This document shows, piece after piece, positions 20,277-32,600 of a stretch of 64,000 nt of DNA. A program made the position numbers and the translations under genes. This stretch comes from a virus, in IMG/VR virus record IMGVR_UViG_3300042691_010023, positions 3,917 to 67,916 of that record. One strand, written 5' to 3'. The notes under the pieces were generated by a model. It saw only the letters and a program-made list of their open reading frames with translations. It had not been told where the DNA came from and did no database searches. Positions within the stretch are counted from its first letter, which is position 1. Each line of letters begins with the position of its first letter.

Positions 20277-21992
20277 ATGCCGGTTATTCCAACAGTATAT
20301 AATACTATACGTCCCGGCGATTATCAAACTAATACTGTAAAAGCAAATAAACGCTACACAGTAAATAGTTCTTCATTTTCTGCTTCGGGGTATCGTGTGC
20401 ATGAGGCAGTATGGAAATATCATGCTCCTGATGTAGGTGATCCTAGTATAGAATATCCTACAAATTATGATGGTACTAATCAACATGTTGTATGGAAGTC
20501 TATAGATCATAGATACTATCGTAATCCATATGATCCAGGTAATTGCCATGAGGGTACCGACCGTAGAAAAACAGAAAAAAATTATTTTGTTTCTGCTAGC
20601 ATTTTATCGTGTCCATATTTAGATACAGGTGAAAGTATTAAGCCGGGTACAGTAACAATTACTCGTGGCGGTGTTACATTACTTGATGATGGTAACGGTA
20701 ATTTACGTTATAATTTTATTAGTACATCTAGTTTTGCTACTGCTAGCCGATGTTTTTTTCGTATGTCATTTAATAACGAATTTCGTCAATTCGAATATGG
20801 CACTGGATACATATCATCTGGAAGTGTTGAATATACGCTACGTAGTACTGAACTTCGGGCAGATGCTTATAATGTAACTATCGATGGCGGAGTTACTACT
20901 ACCAGTACAGTATTCGCATCCGGATTAGGCGCGGAAGTCGATGCTGATGGTAATGGTTCTGGCGGCATTCGAATACCTCATGATAATGCTTTTAACAATT
21001 TAAATAGTTGTGATCGTTGGACTATTAGTTTATGGGTTTATAATGATGGTAGCGACGGAATCGTGTTAGCTAAAGGTCCTGTACGTACTGAAGCATATTT
21101 AGACAGTGTTACTAAAAAAACTTCGATACGTACGGTGAGTTATAATTGGCCTAGTCCAATAACTTCGTTAAATTCATACAATAAATTACGTACGCCTTTT
21201 TTAATTTATCGCGATTCAGGTACTATAGCATTTTTATGTAGTAATGGTACATCGTATTCAAAAATTGACGGTACAATGACTAATAATGATTGGAACCATA
21301 TAGTTATACGTCGCGATAATACTAATTTATCTATGTTTATTAACGGTTCATCAGTTGATTCAACAACAATGCCTAGCGAAACTACATCTAATTCATCTGA
21401 TATAACAATCGGCTGTCTTAATGGATTTAGCGATGCATTTAATTGCCAAATCGACGAAATACGTTTTTATGATTATGCAGTATCTAACGCAGAAATTACA
21501 TCGTTAACGGGCCGTACATATTTATCTACTTCACTATATCAAACTAACGTTGTTGGTAATGTATTTTATCGTAGCGGTCAAATTGTTATATCGTCACCGA
21601 TGCCGGTAATTGCAAAGCAGAATATTTTTAAGTCTACTGACTCTGTATGGAAAGTTGAATATCGGGGTGTACATAGAATTTACGAAAACGAAATACTCGT
21701 ACGAGTGCCGGCTGGTCAATTTAATTATACACTAAATCCTACTGCTACATATCGACCTGGTACGGGCGCTGCAACAAATGACTGCAATCTTAGTACAAAC
21801 GGAGCACAGTCTAATAATGAACCGGGAGATACTTATTTAGACATGTTTGTATCAGGCACGGTAGGTCCTTATATAACTACTATTGGATTATATAATGATA
21901 AAGCTCAATTATTAGCAGTTGGTAAATTAGCCAATCCTGTTACAAAATTAGATGATGTTGATATGAATTTTATTATACGTTGGGACTATTAA
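20277..21992 (+). CDS. virion protein with LamG/concanavalin-like domain
   Basis: WTISLWV, WNHIVIRR, MFING, IDEIRFYDYAVS LamG motifs; paralogous C-terminus. Confidence 0.75.
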   Translation: MPVIPTVYNTIRPGDYQTNTVKANKRYTVNSSSFSASGYRVHEAVWKYHAPDVGDPSIEYPTNYDGTNQHVVWKSIDHRYYRNPYDPGNCHEGTDRRKTEKNYFVSASILSCPYLDTGESIKPGTVTITRGGVTLLDDGNGNLRYNFISTSSFATASRCFFRMSFNNEFRQFEYGTGYISSGSVEYTLRSTELRADAYNVTIDGGVTTTSTVFASGLGAEVDADGNGSGGIRIPHDNAFNNLNSCDRWTISLWVYNDGSDGIVLAKGPVRTEAYLDSVTKKTSIRTVSYNWPSPITSLNSYNKLRTPFLIYRDSGTIAFLCSNGTSYSKIDGTMTNNDWNHIVIRRDNTNLSMFINGSSVDSTTMPSETTSNSSDITIGCLNGFSDAFNCQIDEIRFYDYAVSNAEITSLTGRTYLSTSLYQTNVVGNVFYRSGQIVISSPMPVIAKQNIFKSTDSVWKVEYRGVHRIYENEILVRVPAGQFNYTLNPTATYRPGTGAATNDCNLSTNGAQSNNEPGDTYLDMFVSGTVGPYITTIGLYNDKAQLLAVGKLANPVTKLDDVDMNFIIRWDY

Positions 21993-22070
21993 TATTTATA
22001 TAAAATGGACAACGAATTCGACGAATATAATTGGTTTCCAGATAATATGGTTTAAAAGGAATAATAAGTT

Positions 22071-22484
22071 ATGTCATGGCGTAGTAAATCTAAGACTCGT
22101 ACAAACGCACAAAAATTAGGTTATAAGTCTGGTTTCGAAGCTAAAATTGCGGAACAGATAGACTCTATTGTAGTACCTGCGAAATCTATGTACGAAATTA
22201 CAACTATCAAGTATACAGTACCAGCACGTGATTCTAAATATACAGTGGATTGGACGTTGCCTAATGGTATATTGGTAGAATCAAAGGGACGATGGACTCG
22301 TGAAGATCGTAAAAAACATTTGTTAGTTAAAGAACAACATCCAGAACTAGATATACGTATAGTCTTTCAATCAGCTAACACGAAGATTAGCAAAGGTAGT
22401 AAAACTACATATGCCGCATTTTGTGATAAACACGGAATCTTATGGTCAGAAAAAAATATTCCGGAAAGTTGGCTAAAGGCTTGA
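22071..22484 (+). CDS. Holliday junction resolvase, T7 endonuclease I family
   Basis: YKSGFE, YTVDWTLPNGILVESKG, HPELDIRIVF, KGSKTTYA.FC.KHG, IPESWL. Confidence 0.92.
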   Translation: MSWRSKSKTRTNAQKLGYKSGFEAKIAEQIDSIVVPAKSMYEITTIKYTVPARDSKYTVDWTLPNGILVESKGRWTREDRKKHLLVKEQHPELDIRIVFQSANTKISKGSKTTYAAFCDKHGILWSEKNIPESWLKA

Positions 22485-22509
22485 AGCTATGAGAATTTGT
22501 TATTATATT
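22481..22509 (+). promoter_or_regulatory. putative host-RNAP promoter for primase operon
   Basis: TTGAAG-N17-TATATT; shares GTTATTATA with the promoters at 3257 and 51581. Confidence 0.5.
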
Positions 22510-22590
22510 TAATATATAGTAATAAATTTTTAATTGAGTTTATGAAATTAAAACATTGTTATGTTAATGACAATGCTAATAAGATAATAA

Positions 22591-23517
22591 ATGAGTAAGT
22601 TATCCATTATCTCTAATCTCGAGTCTGTTTTAGGTAAAGGTAGAAACTCAAATAACGACAATATTGCTTTTCATTGTCCATTCTGCCATCATCATAAGCC
22701 TAAGTTAGAAATTAATTTATCTACGCAATATTGGCATTGTTGGGTATGTAATGCAGCCGGCCGTAAGATATCTGTATTATATCGCAAATTAAATGTAGCT
22801 CGAGAAAAGATATCTCAAATTATCAAGTTGTTAGATGAAACTGAATTCAAGCCATCTAAAACTACAACTGATACTCCTGTTGTCGCATTACCTAACGGAT
22901 ATCGTCCATTATGGAAATTTGATAAAGGATCTCCTGATTATCGTAATGCCGTTCATTATTTAAGACGTCGCGGAGTTACAATACATGACATTCTTAAGTA
23001 TCGTATAGGTTACTGCGAATCTGGTGAATATTCTGGTAAAATTGTTATACCTAGTTATGATGCTAACGGTAGTTTAAATTATTTTGTAGCTCGAGCATTT
23101 TACGATTCAGATTCATTTAAACATAAAAATCCTAAAGTATCTAAAGATATTATTGGATTTGAACTACATATAAATTGGGAACTTCCTATTGTATTGGTAG
23201 AAGGCGCATTTGATGCAATTGCTATACGTAGGAACGCTATACCATTATTCGGTAAGACTATTTCTAATACTTTAAAGAAACGAATTGTAGAAAAACGAGT
23301 AAAAACTATCTATATATGTTTAGATCGTGATGCCCGTAAACAAGCATTAGATACTGCAGAATATTTCATTAGCAATGGCATCGAAGTATTCTTTGTAGAC
23401 TTAACTGGAAAAGATCCTAGCGAATTAGGATTTAAAAATATACAAGAATTATTAAACATTACTATTCCAATGACATCGGAACGGTTAATGGAAGAAAAAA
23501 TATTATGCGCACTATAG
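22591..23517 (+). CDS. DNA primase (Zn finger + TOPRIM)
   Basis: CPFC...HCWVC Zn ribbon, LVEGAFDA, ICLDRDA, KDPSE. Confidence 0.92.
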   Translation: MSKLSIISNLESVLGKGRNSNNDNIAFHCPFCHHHKPKLEINLSTQYWHCWVCNAAGRKISVLYRKLNVAREKISQIIKLLDETEFKPSKTTTDTPVVALPNGYRPLWKFDKGSPDYRNAVHYLRRRGVTIHDILKYRIGYCESGEYSGKIVIPSYDANGSLNYFVARAFYDSDSFKHKNPKVSKDIIGFELHINWELPIVLVEGAFDAIAIRRNAIPLFGKTISNTLKKRIVEKRVKTIYICLDRDARKQALDTAEYFISNGIEVFFVDLTGKDPSELGFKNIQELLNITIPMTSERLMEEKILCAL

Positions 23518-26500
23518 ACATTGGAATTAAAGAGATAGATAAAATCTATCATATAGCAGACGTACATGTACGTAATGTTAAACGTCATAAGGAATACGAA
23601 CAAGTATTCAAACGGCTATATAAATACATTCAAAAAACATATACTAACAATAGCATCATATATGTAGCTGGAGATATTGTACATGCAAAGACAGATATGT
23701 CTCCAGAGTTAGTAGCTACAGTTTCAGATTTTTTTAAGAATCTAGCAGATATTGCACCTACCATTATTATTACCGGTAATCATGATTGTAACTTAAATAA
23801 TTCTAGTCGTTTAGATGCCATTACTCCTATAGTTAATGCCTTGAATCATCCTAATATACACTATCTTAAAGATACAGGTATATATGAGGCTTCTAACGTA
23901 CACTTTAACGTTATGTCGGTGTTTGATTCACCAATTAATTTTATAAAAGCATCTGAATTTGAAGGTAATTATAAAATTGCATTACATCATGGAGCTGTTA
24001 ATTCAGCCCAAACAGATTTAGGAATCATACTTAGCAATACACACGTCACTACAGATCTCTTTGCTGGGCATGATTTAGTATTGTTAGGTGATATACATAA
24101 AATGCAGTATTTAGATTCTGAACGTACTATTGCATATGCCGGTAGTTTAATTCAACAAAATTTTGGTGAAGGATTAATACACGGTATACTAGTTTGGGAT
24201 TTAAAATCTAAGACGTCTGAGTTCGTTGAAATTGATAATGATTATGGATACTGTACATTGGAAATTGATAACGGTACGGTCGTAACTCAGTTACCTAAAG
24301 TACCTAAAAAGATTAGATTACGTTTAAAAGTAAAAGATACTGATGCTAGTGTTTTGAAACGATTAGTATCTGAATTACGTAAACAATACAATGTTCAAGA
24401 CGTTACTATACAAAAAGTTAATGCATTAACATCTACTGCTACTGGTAAGAAAATTTCTTTTGGTAATGTACGAGACGTTGAATGGCAAAACAAAGTTATT
24501 ACTGATTATTTATCAGATGAATTAGCATTAGATGATGCAATGCTAGATTGTGTACGTCACATTAATCGTACAGTGCATTCTAAATTATCTGAATCAGATA
24601 TTACTCGTAATAAAATATGGTTACCTAAAACTTTTGAATTTAGTAACATGTTTAGTTACGGCGAAGATAATCATATCGATTTTGAACAATTGTCAGGTAC
24701 ATATGGTTTATTTGCCCCTAATGCTAGTGGTAAATCTACATTGTTAGATGCGTTAGCATTTTGTTGTTTTGATAAATGTAGCCGTACAGGTAAAGCTATA
24801 CATGTTCTTAATAACAAGAAAAATCAATTCAAATCTAAATTTTGTTTTGAAATGGATGGTGTTGATTATGTTATAGAACGTAACGGCCGTAAAAATAATA
24901 ATGGGCATGTTAAAGTCGATGTAGATTTTTATTACATGGATGATGTAGGAAATACGGTTTCATTAAATGGAGATCAACGCGATAACACAAATAAAATCAT
25001 TCGACAATATCTTGGCGATTATGAAGATTTTGTATTGACAGCTTTATCATTACAAACAAATAATACCGGATTTATTGATAAGTCGCAAAAAGAGCGTAAA
25101 GATTTATTGAGTCAGTTTTTAGATATCAATGTATTTGAACAACAATATCAAATAGCATCTGATGATATACGCGATACGTCAGCTTTGATACGTGAATATA
25201 AACGTTTAGATCATAGTGCTACATTGTCAGAAGCAGACCAAATTATTGATCATGTTACAAAAAAATATGATTCGTTGACGGATGAGAAAAATACGTTAGA
25301 AAAGTTACGTGATGATTTAAATGACCAAGTTATTGAGTTAACAAAAGAATTACGTACTATACCAGATAATGTATCTGACCCGTCAATACATGAGTCTAAT
25401 ATTAAAACAATTAATGAACAATGTAAAAATGCGGATTGCTCATTTGAATCGTTACAACAAGATTATTTTGATGCGGAATCTGCATATGAAGCATTAGTAT
25501 CACAAATTGATCAGATTAATATAGATTCGTTAAATTCAAAAGATTCAAATTTTAATATCTATAAAAATCAAATATCTGAAGTACGTAATGCAATGCAAAT
25601 CAAGCAGCATGAGATTGAGCATGCTCGAAAAATGTTATCTAAATTAGAAAATCATCAATGGGATCCAAATTGTCAATATTGTGTAGCTAATCCATGGCTA
25701 CAAGATACACAAGTAGCGGCAAATCGTTTGCCAGAACTACGTGATGAAATGATAACACTAACAACTACATTACGTGATACGGAACGTAGTTTAACAGAAA
25801 CAGATGTAAAAGATCAGATATCAAAATATTATGAGTTGCAACGAGAATTAAATACAAAGGCTACGAAAAAGAATTCTGCGGCTGCTGCATTACAAACTAT
25901 TTCAAATAAAATAACTCAATTGCAAAATAGTTTAACATCTGAAAATGAGTTGTTGATTAAAGCTAATGCATGTTTAACTGATATTGAATTTAATAAAACA
26001 CAAAATTCCGATATTAGTGAGTTGCGTACGGAAGTTGCGTCAGTGTCGCAAGAAATACGAGATTTAGAATCTGAAATTGTAGAAATGTCTGGTAAGTTAT
26101 CAATAGCTAAACGTTCAAAGCAGACAGCTGAAGATGCGATAAATAGGTTAAGTGAATTAGAAGTGCAGTATAAAGGATATGAGTATTATTTACAAGCTGT
26201 TAAAAGAGACGGAGTACCGTATCAATTAATTGCTCGAGCGTTACCACAGATTGAAGCTGAGATAAACAATATCTTAACACAAGTTGTAGACTTTACAATG
26301 ATATTAAATACAGATGGTAAAAACATACATGGTTACATTGTATATGATGATGATAATTATTGGCCATTAGAATTGACATCTGGCATGGAAAAGTTTATTT
26401 CGTCATTAGCGATACGTGCTTCGTTAATTAATGTTACTAGTTTACCTAGACCTAATTTCTTAGCAATAGATGAAGGATTCGGCGTATTAGATTCTGATAA

Positions 26501-26651
26501 CTTAAACAGTATGTATATGTTGTTTGATTATCTTAAAAGTCAGTTCGGTTTTGTGCTTTGTATATCACATATAGATGCAATGCGCGATGTTGTAGATAAA
26601 CTTATTGAAATTAAAAAAGAACATGGCTATTCTAAAATAGAATTTTCTTGA
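23505..26651 (+). CDS. fused SbcD/Mre11 nuclease - SbcC/Rad50 ATPase (gp47-gp46 fusion)
   Basis: HIADVH, AGDIVH, TGNHD, LGDIH phosphoesterase motifs, then Walker A APNASGKS, CQYC zinc hook, TSGME signature, LAIDEGFG Walker B, ISH. Confidence 0.92.
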   Translation: MRTIDIGIKEIDKIYHIADVHVRNVKRHKEYEQVFKRLYKYIQKTYTNNSIIYVAGDIVHAKTDMSPELVATVSDFFKNLADIAPTIIITGNHDCNLNNSSRLDAITPIVNALNHPNIHYLKDTGIYEASNVHFNVMSVFDSPINFIKASEFEGNYKIALHHGAVNSAQTDLGIILSNTHVTTDLFAGHDLVLLGDIHKMQYLDSERTIAYAGSLIQQNFGEGLIHGILVWDLKSKTSEFVEIDNDYGYCTLEIDNGTVVTQLPKVPKKIRLRLKVKDTDASVLKRLVSELRKQYNVQDVTIQKVNALTSTATGKKISFGNVRDVEWQNKVITDYLSDELALDDAMLDCVRHINRTVHSKLSESDITRNKIWLPKTFEFSNMFSYGEDNHIDFEQLSGTYGLFAPNASGKSTLLDALAFCCFDKCSRTGKAIHVLNNKKNQFKSKFCFEMDGVDYVIERNGRKNNNGHVKVDVDFYYMDDVGNTVSLNGDQRDNTNKIIRQYLGDYEDFVLTALSLQTNNTGFIDKSQKERKDLLSQFLDINVFEQQYQIASDDIRDTSALIREYKRLDHSATLSEADQIIDHVTKKYDSLTDEKNTLEKLRDDLNDQVIELTKELRTIPDNVSDPSIHESNIKTINEQCKNADCSFESLQQDYFDAESAYEALVSQIDQINIDSLNSKDSNFNIYKNQISEVRNAMQIKQHEIEHARKMLSKLENHQWDPNCQYCVANPWLQDTQVAANRLPELRDEMITLTTTLRDTERSLTETDVKDQISKYYELQRELNTKATKKNSAAAALQTISNKITQLQNSLTSENELLIKANACLTDIEFNKTQNSDISELRTEVASVSQEIRDLESEIVEMSGKLSIAKRSKQTAEDAINRLSELEVQYKGYEYYLQAVKRDGVPYQLIARALPQIEAEINNILTQVVDFTMILNTDGKNIHGYIVYDDDNYWPLELTSGMEKFISSLAIRASLINVTSLPRPNFLAIDEGFGVLDSDNLNSMYMLFDYLKSQFGFVLCISHIDAMRDVVDKLIEIKKEHGYSKIEFS

Positions 26652-26677
26652 TATTTATAATAAATCAAGGAATTTTA

Positions 26678-29600
26678 ATGCCGTTACGTAAAAAAATAGG
26701 ATACGTTGGACTCAAAGATTTAAGATATAGTGTAATTGATACCGATTTAGTATCTCGTGACTATTTTAATATTGTTGAGTTTCCTAGTCGACTTACAGCA
26801 GGAAAAAATCTTATTAAATTAAGAGCTAATCCAGATAATTTAGTAGACCGTAGTCAAATTCATATAGAAATTTTAGATTTTAACGGAGACCCTATTTATT
26901 ATGAGCCGTTAAATTATACTGAAAAAGACGGCACACGTGTTATTGCAATTTATATATACCCTGATACTGCGCCGGGTAGAGCTGTTGTATATTTAGCAGG
27001 TCGTACGGCTATCGATGCAAATACAGGCGATCGTTATAGTTTTAGTAGTGATTATAATGATCCTAATTATTTAAATACTCCCAATTTAATTTGGACACGT
27101 TCTGTAGCTGTAGCCCCAAATGCACGTAACAAGTCAGAAATTATTTTTACAAAATATCCGAAAGTTACATTATCAGAAGTAGTACAACCATACCTACAAC
27201 CAGCAGAATTATATAATGTATATACTCAGGTTACAGGGTCAGGTACAGTACGTATAGAACCTATAGGAGTGCCTACGCCTACATACGGAGTCGGCACAGC
27301 GACATATGCAACAGAAGCTAGGTCTTCAGTCGAAGGAGCTGGATCTCCTAGAACTCCAGCATTCGGTACACAGTTTTTTAATACAGCTCCTAACGAACTT
27401 GCATTACGCGAATCTACTGGCAGTACTTCGACATCTCCAGTATTAACTACATTAACCGGATTTAGTAAGTTAAGAACTTCTGGATTTGCATTAAATGCTA
27501 ATATGGTCGGTGGTATTATTGAAATTGTTAATCCAAATATAATACCGGAAGGAACTGCCGAACGTGGCGTAACATTATCGTTTCCATTAGATAACGGGTT
27601 TTTGTTACCCGTGTCACAACGTAATGATTTAACTACAATTGGAAGTGTAGTATCCGCAGGGCAAGCTACTCCACTTAGTGGGTCATATAAATTTGCTATT
27701 TCACAAATTGTTAATAGTAGTACTGCAATAGTTAGTCAGATTGAAGGATTTCGTAATCCGACAGACAATACTAATGGGCCATGGTCAGTAGAATTAACTA
27801 CTATAGGCGGAATACCGAATGCTATAACAACTATTAGTGCATCTGCCAATTTTACAGCTAGTTATACGCAACCATCTGTATTTACACAAACGCAACGTAG
27901 TTCTAGTTTTGGTGATATAATTTTATCTGATATTGAACCAGTTACTGGTGATGTGTATAAAATTAAAACATTATATAAGCCATCGGGATTTTTTGGAGAT
28001 TTTATAGACCTGGGCGATACTATATTAGAACAACAAAACATTTTAATAGATACTGGTTCGTATGAAACTAATATTGCTGTCGGGGCTGATTATGAACGAT
28101 ATGGATCATTTGAAGACTTAGCTGAAATTGAAAAATATTGGACTACGGCTAGTATATCTAGTTCCGGAGCTCCTGTTAATTTATGGTACCCATTTAAATA
28201 TAATGATACAATATTGATGGGTGGGGCTGAATTATCCATGTCATATAGTACCGGTGTTAGTCCGCAAGGCTTAGATGGATTTAATATTGGGGAAGCTGCA
28301 GTATTTTCAATTAATCCTATATACGCGCCATTAGTATATGCTGATACTGAATATATAGTTAAATTTACTATAGCAAACAATACTAATGCCGCTTCTATAA
28401 TGTCTGCAGATACTAATCTGCCTAATCATCGCTTAGATGTATATATATCAGGATCAAATGTATTAGTTGATAAAGAGTTGATTAATGTACAATTCGGAGA
28501 TATATTTACAGTACCTAATTTTACAAATACTATAACAGGCGAGTTTAGAGATAACGGGCCATTAGGATATAGAATTGGTACATACCAAACAAAGCCAGTA
28601 CCCGAAGCTTTAGCTAATGTACAATTTAAATTTAAAGCTTTAGAGACTAAACCTATAGACTTAAAGTTTGTAACTAGAAACGGCTCATTTATTATTGCAG
28701 ATATAGAACTTATTGTTAATAAAGAAACTGGATTTTCTCCTAATTTTACACGTGTTTTCAAACGAGTGCCATCGGAACATTTAGATACACCTTTAACATT
28801 TAAATTTCAGTTTTTTGACTATGAAAGTAAAAAAGCTGAAATGGAAGTAATTACGTATGGTGCTATATTTTACGGCGATAATACGTATATACAAGGTACT
28901 AATAATCTTATAACCGGGTCTGTTTATTTAAGTAGTGGTATTGGTAGTGGTATAGAACAGTCGGGTCAAAATTCGGGATATATAAGATCAGTTGGGTATA
29001 AAGGATTTTTATCGGCTTCTATACCCGAACTTAGTGGTTCTCCAGGCTTTATGCTATGGTCTGGATCTGTAATACCCGGATCAGGTGACAATTATACCGG
29101 CGTAGGTTTAGAATTAGTAGCTGACGCTAATAACTATTTAATGTTTCGTACAGGGCCGCCTAGCGTTTTCATTGTACGTACTGACTCATTTTTCTTAGGA
29201 AATGCTAATCAATTTATATCTGGAGCTAATGGTAATATTGAAATATCATCTAGCGGATTTCATTTAAATACTGATGGTAGTGTTACGGCATCGAGTGCTT
29301 TATTTAAAGGTGTTGCTAAAGCTAATATTATCTTAGATAAAACTATAACAATTGATGCCGATAATAGCGGTAGTTATTTGCAATATGAAAATGATATTCT
29401 TCCAGCAAGTCTTATACCTCTAGAGGGTTATCGAGTAGTATTAGATGGTACATTGGGTGGAGAAATTATACGTAGATTTAGAATTGATTGTCAATTAAAC
29501 TATCCTATATTTGATTTTAAATTACCCGACGTATCCGGCGAAGCTAAGTTAGATATTGTAATGGAAAATGCTATAGCAGGCAATCAAGTGTACGATGCAT

Positions 29601-32600
29601 TTTCCCCTGCCGGCAAAGGAAGTGGAGTCACCATAACCGATTATCCAATAGTTACATTACGTACTGAAGATGTATTAACGTTTGTTGCTGCAAATGCTAA
29701 CGCTAACGATTGGTATGCAATTGCAGGTACATTGCAGCCGTTTTCTGGTTACGAATTTAAACGCGGAGTTGATGTATATAATACATTTTTAGTTACAGGA
29801 TCTAATAGTCGAATACGATTTAGAGACGACGATGGCGTTCTGCAATTTGAAGTTCGAAGAGGCACGACTGGAGACTTTGCGGATAAAACACAAATTACTA
29901 TTAACGATATACCGGCAATAGATTCGTTAGATCCATCAGACTACAATGTAGTTATTCGTAGACTTAGTAACGGTCGTCTATACGAAACATCATCGTTGGC
30001 ATTTGGCGGTGGCGGTGGCGGTGGAGGAGATGTAACTGATGTAAATGCTGGATTGGGTATATCTGTAGATACACCTGGCGGTCCGGTTGTTGAAGTGAGT
30101 TTAAATACTGCATCAGCACATTTCCGTAACGGAGTATTTAAATTAACCGGCAGTTTACTTACAACCGAATCGTTTAATACATGGACCGGATCTAACCTTA
30201 GTCAATTTGCAGGTACGGCTTCGTTTGCTACAACTGCGTCATATGTGACAGGTTCAATCTATAACAGTTCAAATTTAGCATTAAGTGCTTCGTATGCAAT
30301 AACAGCAAGCTATGCATTAAATGCAGGAACGTCAACGCCGGCTCCTAGTGATACATTTATTCAATATAATCAAGGCGACATATTTGGCGCTAGTGAGTAT
30401 TTTAGATATCAATACATCTCACAGAGCTTACTACACGGTAATGAGGTAAGTGCGTCCGGAGAGTTTTCATTTGCTCACGGCTCGAGTTCGATAGCATTAG
30501 GTCCGTATTCACATGCAGAGGGACGTGAAAATGAGTCTTTTGGTAAAGCAAGTCATACCGAAGGATATAGAAGTAGAACGTACTATCCAGGAGCTTTCTC
30601 AGGATCATTAACAAATGGTACAGGTAGCTTACTGAGTTATTATGCAAATGTCGCCTCAGCATTCACTGTAGGTAATACATTCATTCTTAAAACTGTAGCA
30701 GAGGAATTTGCAACTAACCAGATAGCCACTATAACTTCTGCATCCTACGATCCAGGAACAGGTCAAACATCGTTCTATTTGGATGCTCCAATTGGCGGCG
30801 GAGATTCTATTCTAGTAATAGATACTGGACTATGGGGGTGGGATGATTCCACTACTTCGCCATCCGGAGTTCCTGTCATTGCCAGCGCTGGCAATCAAAA
30901 CATTGGCGGAGATGGAGCTCACGCTGAAGGATTCTTGACAATTGCATTTGGTTCATTATCGCATGCTGAAGGTTACGGAGGCCAGGCTATAGGAGCATTT
31001 GCGCATGCTGAAGGAGTTAATACGATTGCATATGGTCTCATAAGTCACGCTGAAGGAGATGGCACTTTTACAGTAGGTGCAAGTTCACATGCTGAAGGTA
31101 CTGGTACGCAGACTTGGGCTGACTATTCACATGCCGAAGGCAATGCTACTAAAACATTTGGTACTGCAGCAGGATCACATGCCGAAGGTAAAGAAACAGT
31201 AACTATTGGTCAATATTCGCATGCTGAAGGAGTTAATGCTCGGTCAATTGGATATGCATCACATGCTGAGGGTACTGGCCGTTCTGGTACATTGTATTTA
31301 TACTCGGCATCTTTAAGTACAGATAATTCATCTCCTCCGGGCGGAGTAGCTATAGTGACATTGGCATCGTCATACGGCAACGTAACATCAAAATTTACAG
31401 TAGGAAATTATTTATATTTTAACGGTACTCCTACTACTATCGGCAACACCCCAGCACTCAGTAATTACGTAGAGGTATCTCTAGCACGTATCACATCAGT
31501 TGTATGGAACAATCCGGTTACTATAATTACTTTAGGCGACGCATCAGCTAATGGTGTTGATCTTCTATATCAAGCCGCAATTGTTAATGTTGCACCATAT
31601 AATCCAAGCGCAGGATTAAATACATGGATTCAGCCAGACCCTGATGTCGCAGGCACCCCATACGGCAATGATTCTAATAGTCCATGGGCTGGCGATCAAA
31701 TTGGTAATAGCAACGGTGCGCATGCTGAAGGGTTAGATACATTAGCGATTGGTCAATATTCACATGCTAGCGGTCAAGGATCAGTGACATTAGGTAATTA
31801 TTCTCAAGCTAGTGGATACTATACCATGGCTATAGGTCAACATGATCATGCGGAAGGGTTTGCGACAAAAGCTATTGGGTATGGGGCACATGCTGAAGGA
31901 ATACGAACAATTGCCATGGATACGTCGCATGCTGAAGGATATGAAACAACTGCTATCGGCAGTGGACACTCGGAAGGCCAGGGTACATATGCCGCCAACA
32001 GCGGCCATGCGGAAGGTTATTATACACGGGCTGTAGGTGTAGCTGCTCACTCAGAAGGAGGTTATACCACCGCATCAGCAAATTATTCTCACGTGGAGGG
32101 GGGCTATACCAAAACATATGCCACTTATGCGCATGCGGAAGGATCTGGGTCAATTGCTGGTAACATTGGTGGTGCTGGAATAGCTTCACACGCTGAAGGA
32201 GTATTCACACAGACAACAAATATAGGAGCTCATTCCGAAGGAAGATATACTACCGCATCAGGTATATATTCACATGCTGAAGGAAGTAGTTCCGTAGCAT
32301 TCGGTACGGCATCACATGCTGGAGGTTTACATACAATAGCATCAGCATCTTATGCTACAACAATAGGTCAATACAATAAGCATAACAATACAACTGCTTT
32401 ATTTACAATAGGTGACGGCGCTAGTAATACAGATAGGCATGATTTATTAAATGCTGGAATTGGGTATGTTCAAATATCCGGATCTGCTGTAGTGTCAAGT
32501 AGCTTGGAAACAATAGGACTTTCAAGAGTTACCGGATCAATGATTGTATCTAATAGTTTACAATTGATTGGTATCGGTATAGTTACAGGTTCGTTTATTA

